Below, one piece after another: positions 31,930 through 41,683 of a DNA stretch of 64,000 nucleotides. The notes below the pieces were generated by a model. That model saw only the letters and a program-made list of their open reading frames with translations. It was not told the origin of the DNA and did not search any database. The stretch is from Gammaproteobacteria bacterium. GTDB lineage: Bacteria > Pseudomonadota > Gammaproteobacteria > GCA-001735895. A program made the position numbers and the translations under genes. The first letter of the stretch is position 1; every line of letters starts with the position of its first letter. Where the stretch lies: contig JAUVCH010000008.1 in the NCBI GenBank assembly GCA_030595795.1, forward strand, positions 3,282 through 67,281, read 5' to 3'.

Positions 31930-32805
31930 ATGAACAACGATGTCATCATAACCTGTGCCGTCACCGGAGCGGGCGATACCACCAGTCGCAGCAATCTAAT
32001 ACCGATTACACCACGTCAGGTCGCCGATGCGGCGATCGAAGCGGCCAATGCCGGCGCAGCGGTCTGCCATATCCACGTACGCGATCCGGAAACCGGCGCA
32101 GGCTCTCGTGACGTAGCCCTGTTCGAAGAAACCATCGGCATGGTTCGCGATAGCGGCGTCGATATGATCATCAACCTCACGGCTGGTATGGGTGGTGACT
32201 GGGTACCCAGTGATGAAGACCCGACCAAACCAGGTCCCGGCAGCGACATGATCGGTCCGGAAGAGCGTATGGCGCATGTCATCGCCTGCAAGCCCGACAT
32301 CTGCAGCCTCGATTGCGGCACCATGAATTTCGGTGGTAACTACACCTATATCAACACCGCACCTTATCTGCGCACCATGGCTAAAATTGCGCAGGACTTA
32401 GGCGTCAAACCCGAACTCGAAGTATTCGACCTCGGTCAGATTCGGCTGGCCAGAAATTTGATTGATGATGGCCTCATTGACGCACCACCGATGTTCCAGC
32501 TCTGCCTGGGCATCCCCTGGGGTGCCGGTGCCGATACCGAAACCATGGCTGCAATGAAGCATGCCTTACCCGCTGACGCCATGTGGGCCGGGTTCGGTAT
32601 ATCGAAAATGCAAATGCCAATGGTAGCTCAGGCAGTCTTACTCGGCGGCAATGTACGCGTCGGCCTCGAAGATAATATTTTTCTCGATCGTGGTGTACTC
32701 GCGACCAATGGAATGTTAGTAGAACGTGCAGTCGAAATTATCGAACGATTAGGCGCACGGGTAGTTGGACCAGAAGAAGCAAGGCAGATTATAGGCCTGA
32801 AATAA
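31930..32805 (+). CDS. 3-keto-5-aminohexanoate cleavage enzyme family (BKACE/DUF849), dehydrocarnitine cleavage (CdhC-like)
   Basis: 291 aa; typical BKACE N-terminus [15 protein letters not shown]...[12 protein letters not shown]. Confidence 0.8.
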   Translation: MNNDVIITCAVTGAGDTTSRSNLIPITPRQVADAAIEAANAGAAVCHIHVRDPETGAGSRDVALFEETIGMVRDSGVDMIINLTAGMGGDWVPSDEDPTKPGPGSDMIGPEERMAHVIACKPDICSLDCGTMNFGGNYTYINTAPYLRTMAKIAQDLGVKPELEVFDLGQIRLARNLIDDGLIDAPPMFQLCLGIPWGAGADTETMAAMKHALPADAMWAGFGISKMQMPMVAQAVLLGGNVRVGLEDNIFLDRGVLATNGMLVERAVEIIERLGARVVGPEEARQIIGLK

Positions 32806-33824
32806 TGGATTTCAGCATACAACTGTCAGCTTATTATCCCGATAAAAACTACGGTGGCGAACGTGTTTACAGCGATATGCTGGAGCAGGCGCGACTTGCC
32901 GATTATCTCGGATTCGAATCGGTCAGCATCACTGAACATCATCTAATAAATATATTGATGATGCCTGCGCCAATGCAGTTCGCGGTCAAGATTGCCTGCG
33001 AAACCAAACGGGTAAAGATTATTACCGCCGTAGCCGTGCTGCCCTTGCATGATATGCGAATATTTGCTGGAGAGCTGGTCTGTGCCGATATCTTCACCGA
33101 TCATCGCCTGATGCTCGGCGTGGGTCGTGGCGCTTTTAAATACGAACTGGAACGTCTCGGCACTTCAATGGAAGACAGCCGAGAGAAGTTTGACGAATCG
33201 CTAAACGTTTTACAGGCCCTACTTGCCGAAGAAGAAGTTTCCTGGAACGGCAAATACTACCAGTTCGAACCACTCACTATTATGCCGCGCCCGGCTTCGG
33301 ATATTCCAATCATGATTGCTGCGCTGGTGCCCGACGCGATTTATCACAGCACCAAACGCGGGTTTCATATTCAAACCACCCCGCTTTCCGGCGATCATCA
33401 ACATATGCTCGGTCAGGTGAATGCCTTTAACCGTGGCAAAGAGGAGCTTGGTGAGGTGGGCGAGCATTTAACCCTCTCTTTATCACGAGTCGCATTCCTT
33501 TCGCATACTACAGCAGATCGTCAGAAAAAAATTGAAATGGCGCATGACTACTACAGCCACTTCGACAATGTCTTTACCGGCCCGGGTATCGTAGAAAATG
33601 GGTTAATCAAGCCGTTACCACGGAAAATGACCGTCGAACAAACGGCTGAAAACCTCACGATTTGTACCCCGACCGAAATGATCGACAAGCTTGGCCCTTA
33701 TGCTGAAGCTGGAGTCCATCGCTTCATCATGAATATGAATTTCGGTGTCGAGCAAAGCGAAATACTCGATTCGATCCAGTGCTTTGCCGAGGAAGTCATG
33801 CCACATTTCACCGACGGGGAATAA
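32805..33824 (+). CDS. LLM-class (luciferase-like) flavin-dependent oxidoreductase
   Basis: 339 aa; bacterial-luciferase fold signature (FESVSITEHH...). Confidence 0.7.
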   Translation: MDFSIQLSAYYPDKNYGGERVYSDMLEQARLADYLGFESVSITEHHLINILMMPAPMQFAVKIACETKRVKIITAVAVLPLHDMRIFAGELVCADIFTDHRLMLGVGRGAFKYELERLGTSMEDSREKFDESLNVLQALLAEEEVSWNGKYYQFEPLTIMPRPASDIPIMIAALVPDAIYHSTKRGFHIQTTPLSGDHQHMLGQVNAFNRGKEELGEVGEHLTLSLSRVAFLSHTTADRQKKIEMAHDYYSHFDNVFTGPGIVENGLIKPLPRKMTVEQTAENLTICTPTEMIDKLGPYAEAGVHRFIMNMNFGVEQSEILDSIQCFAEEVMPHFTDGE

Positions 33825-33825
33825 C

Positions 33826-34599
33826 ATGCCTGCTGTTGAAGTCAGCTATCGAGTCGAGGGCCAGGGCCCAGCAGTTTATATGGTACACGGTATCGGTTCG
33901 CGCAAGACCACCTGGGATGCATTAATCGAAGGCTTAAAAGATCAATTCACCTGTGTGACCTACGACTTGCGTGGACATGGCGATAGCCCTGAACCACCGA
34001 CACCCTACTCGCTCGATGACCTGGTCGACGACCTTGAAGCCCTACGCAAAAAACTTGGCCATGACAAAATCCACGTCATCGGGCACTCGTTAGGCGGCAT
34101 GATCGGCCCGGCTTATGCACATGCTCATCCTGAACGATGTTTGTCGGTAGGTTTATTGAGTACAGCCGCAGGACGCACCGAAGAGGATCGAGCCAGGTTA
34201 CAGGCTCTAGGCAAATCGATGGAAGAAAAAGGCGCGATTCCAGTACTGAGTACTTTTGTCGAACGCTGGTTTACCGATGCCTTCATCGAAGCGCACCCAG
34301 AAATAATCGATGCACGATTACAGCAGATAAAAGACATGTCCGAAGCCGTGTTTCTCAGCGCCTTCTGGATTTACGCAACCACCGAAATGGCACCCTGGTT
34401 AAGCGAGGTTAAACAACCCTGTCTGGTCTTGACCGGTGAGTTTGATGGTGGTTGTAACCCCAGGCTAAATGAATATATACATGGCGAATTGCCTAATTCG
34501 GAGTTGGTAATTCTCGATGGATTGAAGCACTCTTTGATGATTGAAGCGACTGATCGGGTCTTACCGTACGTCAGGGTTTTTCTACTAAAACACTCCTAG
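33826..34599 (+). CDS. Alpha/beta-hydrolase-fold protein (candidate thioesterase/esterase)
   Basis: Nucleophile elbow GHSLGG; ATG at 33826 directly after the upstream stop. Confidence 0.75.
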   Translation: MPAVEVSYRVEGQGPAVYMVHGIGSRKTTWDALIEGLKDQFTCVTYDLRGHGDSPEPPTPYSLDDLVDDLEALRKKLGHDKIHVIGHSLGGMIGPAYAHAHPERCLSVGLLSTAAGRTEEDRARLQALGKSMEEKGAIPVLSTFVERWFTDAFIEAHPEIIDARLQQIKDMSEAVFLSAFWIYATTEMAPWLSEVKQPCLVLTGEFDGGCNPRLNEYIHGELPNSELVILDGLKHSLMIEATDRVLPYVRVFLLKHS

Positions 34600-35221
34600 A
34601 CGAACCATCCATCAACTGTGCAGACAAAATAGATAACAAACAATATCCCAGGAAATAATAAAACCCGACGCCGAATTCGGCATTGAAAGTAAACAGCTTT
34701 TCAGTTTGCTGGGTCGCATTTGCAGCCAGATAAGCCACGATAATACCAACCACATAAACATCGGCCATCGACCATTTACTGATGACTCGTGTAATACTTT
34801 CGCATACCCTGCCAAATCTGTTTTGGGCGATTGCGGTAATAATCATCAACAGGCATTTGCTCAGCGGCACGACAATACTGAATAGCGCAATCAGGAAGGC
34901 AACCAGGTATTGCCTGGCATCGTATAACTCCTGAATGGTTCCGGTGATGCTACGGGTTTTATCATAAGCAGCAACTTCACCACGAACATCAAGCTGGCTC
35001 ACTAATTGCTCAACCAATGAGGCCATAAACTGAGGAACATCAGGGCTTTCGGACAGTATCTGCATACCGAGGTCAGCTAGCTCGGATTTATCGACTGTGC
35101 CAGTCAGTGTCATGATGGGTTGCGTTACGCCCGGGATTAGCAATCCAATCGCGACCAGCATTAATAGTAGACCGAGTTTCTTCTTCATATTATTTACGTT
35201 TGCTTTATTCGATTTAGCCAT
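34571..35221 (-). CDS. PqiA-family integral membrane protein (single-repeat, paraquat-inducible protein A-like)
   Basis: Four transmembrane helices; SMADVYVVGIIVAYLA motif typical of PqiA repeats. Start chosen at the ATG at 35221, preceded by GAGAGGGGAG. Confidence 0.55.
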   Translation of the reverse strand: MAKSNKANVNNMKKKLGLLLMLVAIGLLIPGVTQPIMTLTGTVDKSELADLGMQILSESPDVPQFMASLVEQLVSQLDVRGEVAAYDKTRSITGTIQELYDARQYLVAFLIALFSIVVPLSKCLLMIITAIAQNRFGRVCESITRVISKWSMADVYVVGIIVAYLAANATQQTEKLFTFNAEFGVGFYYFLGYCLLSILSAQLMDGSSRSVLVEKP

Positions 35222-35344
35222 CTCCCCTCTCGATTTCAGCAATTACTGTAAGTTTCTTGCTATCAGGAAAATATCTGCTAAAAGTTATATAGATATGCAT
35301 TCATAGCATATTTCGTTCCTGGTGTGTCTAATGAGAAGCTAATT

Positions 35345-36076
35345 ATGAAAAACATAACATTACCGGTACTTGCTGTATTTACTCTGCTCTGCGGGGCAAC
35401 GTCTACCTTTGCATCGGAAAATCTCGTCTTAAACACGGGCATTCGTGACCCCTTCACGACCAATAACAAAGACGGTTTTATCGACTTGATCGTCAAAGAG
35501 ACATTTCGCCGAATAGGTATAGATGCTGAAGTTATCGTTTATCAAAATTCAGCCAAATCGTTACAAAATACCAATAACGGGATCGACGATGGGGCAGCAT
35601 TACGCATCAAAGGCCTGGAAAAGAAATTTCCTAACCTAATCCGGATACCCGAAAAGCTGATGGATAACGATTTTGTTGCCTACTCGACCGATCAATCTCT
35701 CACCACAGACGACTGGGGTACGATGGATGGATTCAAGATAGCTTATATTAAAGGCTGGCAGATTTTTCAAAACAATCTGCCCGATCACAAATCGACAACA
35801 CGGACCAAAACTGCGCAGCAAATGTTTGATCTTCTCGACAATGGCGATGTGGAGTTTATGCTATACGAACGCTGGCAGGGGCTCTGGCGTGCGCAGCAGT
35901 TAGGTATCGAGATTCGGCCTCATTCGCCCCCTTTGGCAAAACGGGAAATGTTCATGTATCTCAACAAAAAACATTCGGATTTAGTCGAAAAAGCCGCCGG
36001 GGCCCTGTCAGATATGAAAAAAGATGGCGCCTATAAAGAAATATTCGACAAAACACTGGGGCAACTGCAAAAATAG
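35345..36076 (+). CDS. Periplasmic solute-binding protein (family 3/PBPb-like)
   Basis: Signal peptide MKNITLPVLAVFTLLCGATSTFA; bilobed solute-binding-protein size; adjacent to the hybrid sensor kinase. Confidence 0.55.
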   Translation: MKNITLPVLAVFTLLCGATSTFASENLVLNTGIRDPFTTNNKDGFIDLIVKETFRRIGIDAEVIVYQNSAKSLQNTNNGIDDGAALRIKGLEKKFPNLIRIPEKLMDNDFVAYSTDQSLTTDDWGTMDGFKIAYIKGWQIFQNNLPDHKSTTRTKTAQQMFDLLDNGDVEFMLYERWQGLWRAQQLGIEIRPHSPPLAKREMFMYLNKKHSDLVEKAAGALSDMKKDGAYKEIFDKTLGQLQK

Positions 36077-36078
36077 GT

Positions 36079-38772
36079 ATGGGCTCTGATCTCAGTTCGA
36101 AAGAAAATAAGAAGTATTCCACGCAGCTTTTTACCATAGCTGTAGTCAGCCTCGCTGTTGTTTTGGTCGCGTTTTTTTTCGTGCGTGACTGGGAAAATAA
36201 AAATCTGCTAAAAGAATTCAACTTTTCGGCGGATAGCTATCAGCGCATTTTGGAAAGCCGACTGAGAGATATCCGCATAGAACTCGACTCCACCAAACGC
36301 TTTTTCCAGGGGTCTGAGTTTGTAGAAAGGGACGAGTTCATTTATTTTACCGACGAAACTATCGCTGCCTCCGAGGAGGTCAAGGGCGTGATTTGGGCAC
36401 CCCGGGTTCTCGGCAAGGAGAGAGGATCATTCGAGTCATCGAAATGGATGCAAGGATACTTTATTAGCGATCATACCTCATTCGACCCGGATCCCAGCCT
36501 ACATGAAGATATTCCCGCAATGGTTCGTGTGATCCACTTCCCTATCCTGTTCGCCCAGCCGTATGAAAAATTTCTTCCTTCGATCGGCTTTGATCTGGCA
36601 TCGAATCCCGAAGTACTGAGCCAGCTCGAACAGGCACGGGATGAAGGTATTGTGGTACCAATAACAGGCAGACCTGTGCATTATTTAATGATCGATGGGG
36701 ACGAAGATAATTTAAGATCTAACATCAACCTGGTTCAACCTGTCTACCAAACCACCGAGCCATTGGCGACAATTCGACAACGTCGAGAAAAGCACCGCGG
36801 CTTTATTATGCTTCAATTCAATATCGGCAAGGCTCTGGAAAATTCTCTCTCCGGCATACCACCGAGAGGATTCGATATTTACATAGTCGACGTGGAGGCT
36901 GACGATGGCTCCGAGGTAGTATTTCATCACTACTCCCGGTTAAACCAGGACAGGCAGGAGCTTTCATTTTCCGAGCTGTGGAATACTCCTGATTTTATCC
37001 ATAAGTCGGCGCTCGATATCTCGGGGCGGCAGTGGAAGGTCGTGATGGTGCCGGACCCCAGTTATTTTGAAATAAACAGACAGTATCAATCCTGGGGAGT
37101 ATTAATTTTCGGCCTGATCCTGAGCACCATACTCTTCTACCTGTTTTTAATGAATCATCGCAAAACTGATGAAATCCGGGCAATCGTTAAAACTCGAACA
37201 CGAGAACTTAAAAACAGCGAAACCAATCAACGTGCCGTCATCGAGAATATAGCCGAGGGCCTGGTAACCATTAACACACAGGGAATAATAGAAACGTTCA
37301 ACCCAACAGCGGAAAAAATGTTCGGCTATTCATCTGCAGAGGCCATCGGTAAAAATGTCTCAATGTTGATGCCGCTCGATGAACGCAATGCCCACAACAA
37401 TTATATTAAAAATTCCAGGATTACGAACTCCCGTATCATCAATACCGCCCGAGACCTGTACGGGTTGCATAAAAACGGGACACAGTTTCAGATGGAGCTA
37501 AACATTTCACCGATGAATATCGATGGGGGTTCGAAGTTTGTCGGCATCATGCACGACATTACCGAGCGCAAAGAGACGGCAAATATTCTTCTCGCTGCCA
37601 AGGAGGAAGCTGAAACCGCCAACCGGGCAAAGTCGGAGTTCCTGTCATCCATGAGTCACGAACTACGTACTCCCATGAATGCCATTATGGGCTTCGCACA
37701 GATGCTGGAAATGAACTCCGAGGAACCCCTCAGTGATGAACAAAAACAATCCGTCGATCATATTACCCGAGGCGGCAATTATCTCCTTGAACTAATTGAC
37801 CAGGTGTTGGAACTTAACAGGATCGAAGCAGGAAAACTATCCATTAACATCGATCATGTATCCACAGGAGAGATTATTGATGAATGTTTGTACTTGATCC
37901 AGGGGCGGGCTGATAAGGAAGGCATCAAGATTTTGGATCAGGTGGACAGGAACCAACTCCCGATACTCTGGACCGACAAAACCCGAGCCATACAGGCGTT
38001 ACTCAATTTGATGTCAAATGCCGTAAAATACAACCGCAAGGACGGCACAGTGACGCTAGACTGTAAAGAAATCCCTAATCAGATGTTACGTATCAGTGTG
38101 GTCGATACCGGTAAAGGTATTCCTGTCGAAAAACAGGCCGATCTGTTCAAACCTTTCGAACGGTTAGGAAGAGAATCGGGAGAGATCGAAGGAACAGGTA
38201 TCGGCCTGAGCATCACCAAACAAATTATCGAATTGCTAGATGGGCGAGTTGGCTACGAGAGCATAGAGGGCAAGGGTAGCACCTTCTGGATTGATATCCC
38301 CTTGAGCAGTCAGCAGGCCGAAAGTCAAAGGCAAACCAACACAGTGGCGAGGCCCGACCACAACACAAAGCAGCAAAAAGATGAAGCCGCTCGCACGATT
38401 CTCTATGTCGAGGACAACCCGGACAACTTACGCTTGATGGAATCGATTATCGGCCAGTTCACCAATATCAGAATGCTATCTGCCTATAGCGCCGAAGTAG
38501 GTCTCGACCTCGCCATAAATGAGAAACCCGATCTGGTTCTAATGGACATTAATCTTCCTGGCATGAGCGGAATTGAGGCTCTGAAACAGTTGCAAAAAGC
38601 AGTCGAAACAAAACACATTCCGGTCATCGCCATTACCGCCGCGGCCATGCCAGGCGATGTCGAAGCAGGAATGAAGGCAGGCTTCAGAACCTATTTTACC
38701 AAACCGATCAATATACCGAAACTCCTTCGGGTACTCGAAGAAATCCTTGGCAGTACTAATAGCGTGGATTAA
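36079..38772 (+). CDS. Hybrid sensor histidine kinase/response regulator (periplasmic CHASE-like sensor, PAS, HisKA, HATPase_c, REC)
   Basis: 897 aa; two transmembrane segments around a roughly 300-aa periplasmic domain; PAS (FNPTAEKMFGY); H-box SHELRTP; N/G boxes; C-terminal receiver with the conserved Asp in LVLMDINLPGMSG. Confidence 0.85.
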   Translation: MGSDLSSKENKKYSTQLFTIAVVSLAVVLVAFFFVRDWENKNLLKEFNFSADSYQRILESRLRDIRIELDSTKRFFQGSEFVERDEFIYFTDETIAASEEVKGVIWAPRVLGKERGSFESSKWMQGYFISDHTSFDPDPSLHEDIPAMVRVIHFPILFAQPYEKFLPSIGFDLASNPEVLSQLEQARDEGIVVPITGRPVHYLMIDGDEDNLRSNINLVQPVYQTTEPLATIRQRREKHRGFIMLQFNIGKALENSLSGIPPRGFDIYIVDVEADDGSEVVFHHYSRLNQDRQELSFSELWNTPDFIHKSALDISGRQWKVVMVPDPSYFEINRQYQSWGVLIFGLILSTILFYLFLMNHRKTDEIRAIVKTRTRELKNSETNQRAVIENIAEGLVTINTQGIIETFNPTAEKMFGYSSAEAIGKNVSMLMPLDERNAHNNYIKNSRITNSRIINTARDLYGLHKNGTQFQMELNISPMNIDGGSKFVGIMHDITERKETANILLAAKEEAETANRAKSEFLSSMSHELRTPMNAIMGFAQMLEMNSEEPLSDEQKQSVDHITRGGNYLLELIDQVLELNRIEAGKLSINIDHVSTGEIIDECLYLIQGRADKEGIKILDQVDRNQLPILWTDKTRAIQALLNLMSNAVKYNRKDGTVTLDCKEIPNQMLRISVVDTGKGIPVEKQADLFKPFERLGRESGEIEGTGIGLSITKQIIELLDGRVGYESIEGKGSTFWIDIPLSSQQAESQRQTNTVARPDHNTKQQKDEAARTILYVEDNPDNLRLMESIIGQFTNIRMLSAYSAEVGLDLAINEKPDLVLMDINLPGMSGIEALKQLQKAVETKHIPVIAITAAAMPGDVEAGMKAGFRTYFTKPINIPKLLRVLEEILGSTNSVD

Positions 38773-38956
38773 ATTCGTATTAACTCAGTCTTCCTTATTA
38801 CTACCGGGTAAATTTTCTGAACCGGTAGCATTTTATTTGGCCCCGACGGATTGGCCGGCCAAGCGGCCGAATACCGGGCCGGACATTAGACCAGTTCCGC
38901 CCGGATAGTTAAAATAAAATATTCCGCCTACCAGTTCTCCGGCTGGAAATAGTGGT

Positions 38957-39697
38957 TTATTGACGATACCCTATACGACCCAGCCCCGGTAATTCGATCG
39001 CCCAGTCGAAAATATCCCATTCGAAATTAATGCCTAAAAAACTTGCCTCAACACCTTCTTCATAACCGATAGAGAGTCCGCCAAGACCGAGTAGTGAAAC
39101 CTGAAGACCCGTACCACTGGCAGATCGACCAAATAGTTTGTGTACCGGGCGGAAATCTTTTCCAATAGCGGTTGAAGGTAGATCAAGATGTAACTCGGGA
39201 ACGGCCAGACCCAAATAGGCCGTAAATGTATTACTATTCGGACCCGGCCATAAGCGATATTGCGATTTGTAAGGATAGTTCTCGATTGCAGCATCAATAC
39301 GCCCGATCATCTCTTCCACACCGTCACCCCGATGCTCGACCAATAACGTAGCTTGGTTCCCGTACCAGCTAGAATCGTCATTGGTATCCCATCGGCGAGA
39401 GCTCAATGCACTATCCGACCAACGCAATTTCCATCCGATTATTTCGTGACGATTATAGTGAGTTTCACCACGTCGCCTGGTCATTATCCAGGTATGCACC
39501 GCAAGCATTCCCTTTTTGCCCCAAGTTCGTGCTGCGTAAACCTTTACGACCGGGCCATCATGTGATTCTTGTAGCGGTGCCCTGGTAGCACCTAAACTGG
39601 TTGAACTATATAAACTGCCTAGAGAAACACTAATGATTGCGTATAACGCCAAACCATAAACGATTTTACGTCTCCAGCTAAGTTGTTTGATTCCCAT
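38957..39697 (-). CDS. DUF3750-family protein
   Basis: 246 aa; N-terminal transmembrane segment; recalled DUF3750 block WGKKGMLAVHTWI. Confidence 0.5.
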   Translation of the reverse strand: MGIKQLSWRRKIVYGLALYAIISVSLGSLYSSTSLGATRAPLQESHDGPVVKVYAARTWGKKGMLAVHTWIMTRRRGETHYNRHEIIGWKLRWSDSALSSRRWDTNDDSSWYGNQATLLVEHRGDGVEEMIGRIDAAIENYPYKSQYRLWPGPNSNTFTAYLGLAVPELHLDLPSTAIGKDFRPVHKLFGRSASGTGLQVSLLGLGGLSIGYEEGVEASFLGINFEWDIFDWAIELPGLGRIGYRQ

Positions 39698-39788
39698 TTT
39701 ATTTGGTTTTTAATTATTCTTGATTAAGTTCTAGTTGAGACTATTTGGGTTGTGGTAGGTTCAGTGGGGGGTGGCGTTCGAAATTAAT

Positions 39789-40223
39789 CTATCCTGACAC
39801 AGGGGGCCTGTGCGCAGCGTAGGCCGCTTTGAATGCACCTTCCTGAAATACCTTTAAACCGGTATCAGAAAATGTGACCGGTAAAGGATTTTCCGACAAT
39901 GCCGATTTGATTTGCGATGGAGATAATAGAGTGACATCCAGATCTGCAATAAGTTGAATGGCAGACTCAAGTTTAAAACTGATAGCGCCACCAGCAAATT
40001 TCCCCTTGGGCATGCGTTCTCTTATCACGACTTTATCGACACTATAATCACTCATGAGTTTTGCGAATTCAAACTGGAACTGACGCAGGTCTTCAGCTGT
40101 ATGCCCTTTTTTCAGGGTCAGTTTCCGCACCCGACAGTCGGGTAAACCAAACTGTCCTTTGTCCAGTTCAAGCAAACAGATAACCGCATCGCTACCGGTT
40201 AAATCTACACCACAAATTCTCAT
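39789..40223 (-). CDS. DUF3010-family protein
   Basis: 144 aa; N-terminus MRICGVDLTGSDAVICLLELDKGQF resembles the DUF3010 family. Confidence 0.5.
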   Translation of the reverse strand: MRICGVDLTGSDAVICLLELDKGQFGLPDCRVRKLTLKKGHTAEDLRQFQFEFAKLMSDYSVDKVVIRERMPKGKFAGGAISFKLESAIQLIADLDVTLLSPSQIKSALSENPLPVTFSDTGLKVFQEGAFKAAYAAHRPPVSG

Positions 40224-40869
40224 ACTAACCCTTTGGTCGAAGTCTTTAATCTAGAAAACGTAGATGGGCGCGAAAAAGATGTGCAAGGCAGCTCTATTGC
40301 ATCCTGCAATCGCCGCATTAGTGCATCCATGCACGTCATATTGATGTGCATGGGAAACTTGAAAAATGTGTAGTCACCTCATCGGTGATGAGCATTTTCT
40401 CACGTTTTCCAGGCGCATCAAGAGATTGTGCAGACTTTCGAGATCCAACTGCGTTTCCTAGGTTTTATCCATCTTCCCAGATTCGGTTTTGAATTGACAA
40501 CTAAAACAACGGTTTTTGTCGTCGATTTGCTCGTTATGTAATAGTTCGAGCATCGTAGGGCGGTAAGGTAAGGTACGAACCGCATCAATCGAGAAATACA
40601 AACCAACACCAATACATGTTGATCAAGGCGTCTACCCTTTGGATTGGGTCTGAGATATCGATGAGTCAGAGAGTTATGGAGAATTACGCGAATGATGCGA
40701 TTCGTGCCTTTTATGCCCAGTGGGGTGACAGCATCCTACAGTCCTTAACCCACAATCCTAACACCACCCACCCCGCCTACCACCTAAATAAGGCCGAGCT
40801 AGTCCCGCTCTAAGCAGTAGTTTAGAAATACATTTGTTAACAACGTCAACAATCGTCTATAATTTCCTC

Positions 40870-41028
40870 ATGCCCGCACAAAAACACGATATTGTTCAAG
40901 TTAAAAACCCTCGCTCTGGTCACTATGTGAAAATTGACCGTACTGCGGGAAAAATCGTGGCCCACAAGAAAAGTGAAGGTCAATATAAGGGTATTCCCAT
41001 AGCTCGTAAAAGCACCTCTAAAAAATAG
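40870..41028 (+). CDS. Small basic hypothetical protein (52 aa), probably translated from a leaderless mRNA
   Basis: Consensus TATAAT at 40858-40863 lies 6 nt before the ATG at 40870, with no Shine-Dalgarno sequence. Lys/Arg-rich product. Confidence 0.3.
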   Translation: MPAQKHDIVQVKNPRSGHYVKIDRTAGKIVAHKKSEGQYKGIPIARKSTSKK

Positions 41029-41041
41029 CCACCTTAAAAAA

Positions 41042-41683
41042 TTGATCTTCTATAACCCCACGGACGGTCAGGTATTAACCAATAATATTCCCAGTAAACC
41101 TCGTCATTGTTTTCTAATGACTCAGTTAGGCGGAAGAATCCCACTAGAGGTAAATGCTATCAGGAAGGCTATTTCGACGTGTTGTAAAAAAGCTAAATTT
41201 ACGATCATAGACGCATCCACTGATATTACCGGTCGAGACTTTCTCCTTAAAATTTGGAAACAAATTGCCGCTTCGCCCCTCTCAGTAGGAATAGGCCATG
41301 AAGAAATGCCACCAAAAACCTTATTAAATATTTTCTATGAGATAGGCGTTGCACAAGCTCTGGGCAAAGAAACTCTCATCATAAAATCGCCAAACATAGT
41401 TATTCCTAGCGATTTTGTCAGAACCGAATACATTATATTCGATGCTAAATTCAAATCTAATTTTTCCAAGTTCCTCCTCGGTCTGGACGCTCAAGCAGAT
41501 TTTTATGAAACTGTAGCTGACAACCTGGAGAAAGACCCCGTGTTATCGCTTGATTACTTGAGACGTGCATTCCTAATCAAAGGTGACTCGGGAATTCGAA
41601 AGAAGGCTAGATCCATACTCAAAGATCCCAGTTTAAAGGATAGAGCAAAAAATAGTGTGGAGTTACTAGCAGCAGCATTTTGA
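41042..41683 (+). CDS. Hypothetical protein with a TIR-like/nucleoside 2-deoxyribosyltransferase-like fold motif
   Basis: 213-aa ORF starting at a TTG (an internal ATG exists at about 41117). The block NIFYEIGVAQALGKETLII resembles the E-x-G-x-A-x-A-x-GK motif of the nucleoside 2-deoxyribosyltransferase/TIR-like flavodoxin fold. A beta1-like HCFLMTQLGG lies upstream of it. Confidence 0.4.
   Translation: MIFYNPTDGQVLTNNIPSKPRHCFLMTQLGGRIPLEVNAIRKAISTCCKKAKFTIIDASTDITGRDFLLKIWKQIAASPLSVGIGHEEMPPKTLLNIFYEIGVAQALGKETLIIKSPNIVIPSDFVRTEYIIFDAKFKSNFSKFLLGLDAQADFYETVADNLEKDPVLSLDYLRRAFLIKGDSGIRKKARSILKDPSLKDRAKNSVELLAAAF

Noticed and set aside
40230-40860. 640-bp non-coding stretch with small ORFs (40418-40612 minus, 40616-40813 plus)
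   Set aside because: None shows a start context, conservation cue or domain. The stretch is treated as intergenic (possible promoter or ncRNA space) rather than coding. It is flagged only through the adjacent palindrome finding.
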